The notes under the pieces: generated by a model
The model's database searches: none
Told to the model about the DNA's origin: nothing
The model's input: only the letters and a program-made list of their open reading frames with translations
Part shown: positions 57,331 to 64,000 of the stretch, piece after piece
Layout of the letters: every line of letters begins with the position of its first letter
Numbering within the stretch: the first letter of the stretch is position 1
NCBI GenBank assembly: GCA_951406725.2
Contig: OX597816.1
Coordinates: forward strand, 76,136,001 to 76,200,000
Length of the DNA stretch: 64,000 nucleotides
Direction of reading: 5' to 3'
From: Octopus vulgaris
Taxonomy: Eukaryota
Position numbers and translations under genes: made by a program

Positions 57331-58500
57331 GAGGATGCGTAAGGTATTTGAGGACATACCTTTTTGGGTCTTTGATGCATTTTTGCGAACTCTGTATAAT
57401 ATTTGTTTCAGAAAATAATAATGGCAGACACTCAGATTACTCAAGAAGTGAAGGGGTATACTGTTATTGTGGTTATAAAGGCTGAGCATAGCGATTTAGA
57501 AATATCTCGATTTTTAAAAGTTGCCAGATCTTCTGTCTACAAAGTTTTTAAGGAGCTAGAGACTGAAGATGGAAACGTATCACTAGTATCAAAGCATAAA
57601 AAGCATTCTAAACGCTCTGAAATCTTCAGAACACCCCGATTACAATCCCAGAAAGTCCATGAAGTCAATTGTAAAAGATCTGCATGTATCAGAAGGAGCA
57701 GTCAGAAACGGTATCCACGAAGACATCAGATATACATCTTATGCGATGAGGAAAGGTCAATTTGTCCGAAAAAGCAAAAGAAAACCACTACATCAGACTT
57801 AAAAGCTATTAAACAAACTGAAAAATCCAGCAGAAGATGATTTGATTTGTTTTTTCGCAAACGAGAAAAAGTTCGACCAAGACCAAAAAAATTGAAGAAA
57901 TGACGGATGGTTATATGCAGATTATTGTGAAGTTCCAAGTGGTATTCATAAAAAAATTCGTGTAACTGTCATGGTTTTCGGGGCTTTCAGCAATGAAGGA
58001 CATGTGATGTTTCCTTACGTCTTTCCACAGGGCCTTAGAGTTACCTCTGCCGCCTACATTGAGGTCCTAGAAATAGTTGTTAAGTCCTGGATAGACAGTG
58101 TATGTAATGGAAACCCATATCAGTAAGTCTGTTCACTATCACACATGACTCTAGTAAAAGACTGAACATTTTCAAGATCACATAACCCCTAACATTTGGC
58201 GTTCTTAGTCCCCGATATCAATCCATTGAACTATTATATATGGAGCATTGTTGAGAGAGAGGTCAATGAACACGCCACAACACCATAGATTCTTTGAAAG
58301 CTGCTATAGTCAGGGTAATGTCCCAAAAGAAACAGAACCACTTGATTCGAGCGTGTAGATGATTTAGATGATCTAGATCTCATATAAGAAAAAGAAGGTT
58401 TATTTTTATCCTTATAGCAGTTTTTGATAAATACAGTTATTATCAGTTATTATATGTCTGCTTTTTTATAAACATAAATCTGTCCTCAAATATCTTACAG
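57331..58500 (+). mobile_element. Decayed mariner/maT-like transposon, second family
   Basis: Subterminal inverted match gtaaggtatttgaggaca / tgtcctcaaatatcttac. The ORF from 57421 reads MADTQITQEVK...LEISRFLKVARSSVYKV (HTH), with later fragments VMVFGAFSNEGHVMFPYVFPQGLRV and SPDINPLNYYIWSIVERE. Confidence 0.85.
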
Positions 58501-58556
58501 TATATATATATATATATATATATCTTTATATATATAAAGATATATATATATATATA

Positions 58557-58790
58557 TCTTTATATATAAAAGAGAGGTTGTGTGCTGTCTGTCTCCTACG
58601 ATTTAGATTCCTAACTACTCCCACATTTTGGCGGTGCAGTTGTTTAACCAAAACCGGGTATCTTATAGTCGTGATTCATATCGAGCCCTTCTGGGTATTA
58701 GCGCGCGTGTACGATGAGTCTACGATTAAAAAAAAAAATTACCATAAATTTTTCCCATTTTTAATGCAATTTTGGCATATATAAGGGAAG
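58557..58790 (+). mobile_element. Possible Helitron-like 5' end
   Basis: Starts TCtttatatataaaagagaggttgtgtgctgtctgtc, typical of Helitron 5' termini; no 3' end was seen. Confidence 0.4.
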
Positions 58791-59005
58791 TAACTCTCTA
58801 AAAATTTTTTGACAAATTAAACTTAAATGTTGAAGTGAATCGAACGGCTTTTGTGTGTTTCTTAAATGGCTTATAAACACCTTGCACGCTGCAATTGTTT
58901 TCGTTTCAGCACACGATCTCAGATCAAATTACTTGCTATGCGAGTACATCTCCGTAATATATATATATATATATAAATATATATAAATATATATTTATAT
59001 ATATA

Positions 59006-59117
<112 letters not shown>

Positions 59118-59174
59118 TATATATATATATATATCTTTGGCTCTTCAGAACACAAAATTAGTGTGTGTATATAT

Positions 59175-59205
<31 letters not shown>

Positions 59206-59215
59206 TATATATATG

Positions 59216-59308
<93 letters not shown>

Positions 59309-59675
59309 GTGCGTGTATATATATATATATATATGTGTATATATATATATATATATATGTGTGTATGTATGTATGTACACACACACACACATATATATAT
59401 AGTTTTATGATCTGAAGCGCCATAGAGATTATCCTGATTGATTGTTCTGTGTGACGTAGGAAGCAACAATGAAGCTTTTGAATAGAAACGTACTACCAAC
59501 TGAGCCTTTGCAGAATTGCAGGGAAGAAAAAGAGATGGCAGTCATGCTGATTCCTATAAAAGGCTTGTTGTAAGTGATTCTCTACCTTATGTTATATATA
59601 GATATACCGCAGAGACTGTACCCTAGCCAGTGGGGGTTATCTGAGGCGTAGCTATTGCTAGTTGAAAAATATCTA

Positions 59676-59804
<129 letters not shown>

Positions 59805-59850
59805 GCTTGCCTGCCTGCCTGCCTGTCTGCCTGCCTGTCTGCCTGGCTGC

Positions 59851-59930
<80 letters not shown>

Positions 59931-60765
59931 ACTTAGTTCGATTTGAAATCACCACTAGAATGGGAGAAAGCGCTAATATATGATCTAAGTTATATGATGT
60001 ATAAAAACATGTAATATACAAATAAATATTTGTAAATATAAAACCATCCGAATTTCTGAGTACCTCATATCTTCTAATATAAAATACCTGTACATCATCT
60101 CAATATATTCAATTGTCAAAAGAAACCGTGACAAACGATTGCTCTACTTGACCTCTGGCCTTTTCATTGCCATCATACAGTCACCTGCATCCCGTAAAGC
60201 TATTCTTCTATATGATATAGCTATTTTTCTACCTTCATTCATGTTGAAACTGAATTTTTCAATTCTCCTTCAATCATTACGTATTTTAAAGAACCATGCT
60301 TTTTACATGGCCAACTTTATGTAGGCGTATCATGCGTGGGAGCAAAAGGCAAATCTTTTTGCTTGTACACCCCGAAATAAAACAAAAAACATTGTTTATA
60401 AAGAAATATTCACTCTTAACGCAACATGAATACTTCAATAACTTAATTTGCCATTATAATCATTACATTCAAGAATGACTAAATTACCTATTAAAATTAA
60501 CTGTATAACTGCCATTACTGTATTGATGAATAAGATAAAACATAGAACTCATTTATTATTGTCATGTAATAAACAAACAGAAGTACGTGTATGAAACCCA
60601 GCTTTTTTCTACTTCAATTATTACATGTTTTTCTCTTTTTCAAAATACACACATATAAGAGGAGCAAATTATAAACATATAATAACACTTAAAATGTGGC
60701 TCCCGAGAAACAGCAGAATTACCCGATCAACAACGGGCATTACTGCTTGTGTTATATATTTATAT

Positions 60766-60841
<76 letters not shown>

Positions 60842-61339
60842 GGAGAATGCTTGCCATGTTATATATGGATGTTGCTTGCATCAAGCGAAAGGTAGATGTG
60901 CAGAGGATCAGAGAAGCAGAAAGAGCCTTTTGTGATTATGCAGTTGGAGAGAAATTAAGCTGGAAGCCAGCAGGAGGTGATGAGCAATGATTTGGCCACC
61001 ACTGTTGACCTACCAACAGCTGGGAGTTATGGTTCAGGATATATATGTATGACAGTATATATTTAATGTTCCTCAAATACAATAATACTACATTATTTGC
61101 GTGTAGCTTATGGAAGGAGTCATTAGATTTCGACTAATTTAGAGCGACAATATATTAAAATATATGGAAGGATAATATGAAAATCAGAATAAGCAATACG
61201 TAATAAGATATAAATTGCATCTTCATGCATATGTATATATGTATATATATATATAAATACTTACACCACAATAAGCACATAAATGCGAAAGAAAGTGGGA
61301 GAGTAATATGCGGTATTAAAAAGCAGTGAAAATGTCACA

Positions 61340-61385
61340 AAAACTGTTACTCAGGGTTTCACGTTCCCGTTCGTCGGACAGTTTT
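61340..61385 (-). ncRNA. Hammerhead-like motif with CCGACGA (U4C) core
   Basis: aaaactgt-CCGACGA-ACGggaaCGT-GAAA-Ccctga-GTA^-acagtttt, with a perfect 8-bp helix I and a GNRA-capped helix II. Confidence 0.75.
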
Positions 61386-62429
61386 GTTTCGAATGGACCA
61401 AAATAAGGTTATATGCACACACACACATACATATCTTACCTTCGTTACCTTCGTAGATCTAGCACAGTTCGCATTATACTTGACAGATAGCCTTTAAGAT
61501 AGCATACACCATAGCCGAGTTATCTCATAAACTGAGTCGAAATGCGAAATTCCAGTCCAATTAAGAAATACCAAAATCACCTTTTCGAATAGAAATAACC
61601 CCACGAATTTGGGGTTTAAGTTTTAAAAACGCATATTGAATCTATTTTTTAATAACGGGACCAATTTAAACATATTTTGTTTAACTTCCGTATCATATTA
61701 AATGTTATATATGCATTATAGGAATATAACTTCCTCTTTAGAAACTGGTATATTTCGCTACCTGTGTGAAGAACATAAAAAAGCCGTTACCCTATTCATT
61801 CTCTTCGTTATCATATCATACAGGTGTACCTATAAGGGCTCGTTTTTAAACTTTTGTCATCAATTTTAAAGATTACGAAATGCTACATCGCACGAGCACA
61901 AGAAATAAAACTCTGAGTTTGCAATGTTACTTGGAAAAAATTCTTTACTCTTTTCCTGAAACAATTTGGTACACAATATTTTACACTTTGTAGCTTAGTT
62001 TCTCTATTTCATGCAACAGAACGAAGGTATATTTAGGGCTATGAGCCCCTTGTTCACAGCTTAAAGCTCAATGCATTTCTTAGATGTGAATTATCAGCAA
62101 TGGAGATAATGATAGTTATAAATGTCCTGTGAATATAAATACTGAGACATAAACCTGAGACTAATTGCGATATAAATATTGTTGTCATTAATTACTAATT
62201 GTATACGACTTGAATTTCATCCAAGAAGTGTACAATTATCATAAAATATACACCAGAACATTCGAACGATTAATAAAATTAAATTATTAGACAAATGAGC
62301 TAATTTATTGGCAGTATCAAATTCTAAATTTAGATACCGCTTAAGGAATTCAAGAAACAACTTCCATTGTTTTGTGTAGGTATGTATAAATGAATGAATG
62401 GATATATATATGTGCATGTATATATCAAA

Positions 62430-62739
62430 TGTGGAGGCGCAATGGCCTAGTGGTTAGGGCAGCGGACTCGCGGTCGCAGGTTCGCGTTTTCGATTCCCAT
62501 ACCGGGTGTTGTGTGTGTTTATTGGGCGAAAACACCTAAAAAGATCCACAAGGCTCCGGCAGGGGGTGGGTGGCCACCCCTGCTGTACTCTTTCGCCCCA
62601 ACTTTCTCCCACTCCCTTTTCCTCTTTCTTCAGTAACGCTGCGATGGACTGGCGTCCAGTCCAGCTAGAGAGGAACACATAAGCAACAGAAACCAGGAAA
62701 CTGGGCCTATGAGCCTGGCTAGGCTTGAAAAGGGCGACG
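62430..62739 (+). mobile_element. tRNA-derived SINE family C (tail type 2)
   Basis: The head ggcgcaatggcctagtggttagggcagcggactcgcggtcgcaggttcgcg...ttcgattccc and about 180 bp are shared with the 51262 copy, after which the 3' tail is unrelated. Confidence 0.85.
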
Positions 62740-62892
62740 TTTTTTTTTATATATTAAATGCATACATATATATGATGTACATATATACTTCATATACATG
62801 CATACATACATGCATACATACATACATGCATACATACACACATACATACATACATACATATATACATACATACATACATACATATATATACA

Positions 62893-62928
<36 letters not shown>

Positions 62929-63107
62929 TATGTATATATATATATAATATATATCTTTGTATGTATAGGTATATATATATAAGATATATATATATATTTA
63001 TATATATAGGGAAGCTTTATGAAAATAGACAAAAGACGAAGGCAGGTGGAAAACAAACAAACAATTGTATTATTATATGTGAGATATATTTGCCATCTCA
63101 ATATGGC

Positions 63108-64000
63108 TAACCACTAAGGGTGGGTGTTTCTGTAGCTTGTAGCCCCAGGGGAACATCTCCTCCAGCTGGCTATTGGCACACTTTCTGTGCCCTATCGGTA
63201 TTTGCAAAGGGAGGTCATCCTATCCTCGTCAACCTAAGTGATACGCACGGACTGCAGTTTCTGGGTATTGACCCGTCATCAGCGCACGACAATCACCGGT
63301 TTTCGATGAAAGGAAGCCCAATGCAAATATTTATATCCTTTTCCAGTAACTTTTCGTCACTGATCTTGAAAAAGTGCCATATTGAGATGGCAAATATACC
63401 TCACATTGTCGTGCAGTTACTGTTTATACCTCGTTCAGAGATTTATTATATATATAACAAAAATCAAAGTGGATGACAGATTTTCGTGTCAAGTTCATGG
63501 ATGTCTTCTAAAGTGAAGGTGTCCAGGACCTTCATCACATTTCTGTGGCATTTTGTGCAGTCTAGAATAAAACTTTATTGCATAGCAAACTTCCTAATTC
63601 TCTTTATACACTGTTTGTATTCTAAAAACTAGTCAGCTAATAAACACTGTTGCAAGCATTAGTTATTAGGATGTTTTGGAAGTGCTGTCATAACCGTCTC
63701 CCTCAATCTTGAATAAAATGCTGGCAGGTCACTTTACCTGATGGATACTAATAATATATTAAAATTACAATACTCTAGGAGAGTTATAACTGCCTCTTCT
63801 AAAATGTCATAAAACTTCTGGAATGCACCTAGTATAAAATGATTATGTACCTTTCAAAAGAAATTCCGTTACTTGAGTGGGTTTTATAGAACATCATAAG
63901 TGAATTTTCTAGTTCTTGAGTGAGTCTACTGAATAGTAAAACTTTCCGTCATTTCTTTGGAAGATACTGTTTCAGGGGGGCGCTGCTTTCTTAAAATTTT
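63108..64000 (-). mobile_element. Penelope-like element 3' region (decayed GIY-YIG plus terminal region with hammerhead)
   Basis: Minus-strand remnants TCQHFIQD*GRRL and VMKVLDTFTLEDIHE are followed by a non-coding region with a hammerhead motif and a short inverted duplication. Confidence 0.6.
63244..63288 (-). ncRNA. Type-I hammerhead ribozyme motif, canonical core
   Basis: cgtgcg-CTGATGA-cGGGTcaatACCCa-GAAA-CTGCAG-TC^-cgtgcg. Helix I has 6 bp (two G.U), helix II 4 bp, helix III is the palindrome ACTGCAGT, and the cleavage triplet is GUC. Confidence 0.85.

Noticed and set aside
57563-57580. CTGAAGAtgGAAACGTA hammerhead-like string
   Set aside because: It lies in transposase codons (TEDGNV) and has no room for helix II.

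Overview
This is AT-rich, microsatellite-saturated metazoan non-coding DNA, most likely from an octopus or other coleoid cephalopod. That assignment is inferred from the tRNA-derived SINE families and repeat style, not from a search. I recognise no host exon, and nearly all ORFs in the track are artefacts of (TA)n, (CA)n, (TCTA)n or trinucleotide arrays. The window holds four tRNA-headed SINE families (about 20 copies), four Tc1/mariner remnants (DD37D, DD34E, DUF4817-type), a Tigger/pogo remnant, RTE fragments, probable Helitron pieces and many Penelope-like element (PLE) remnants. The most interesting signal is a dispersed set of about 10 minimal type-I hammerhead-ribozyme motifs. Most lie in PLE-type termini near (TA)n arrays, often inside fold-back or scrambled inverted repeats. 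They include canonical cores, a recurring U4->C (CCGANGA) core and a U3-A8 (TTGAAAA) core. Hammerheads in PLEs are established biology, and I cannot tell from the sequence alone whether the variant cores are active or undescribed.
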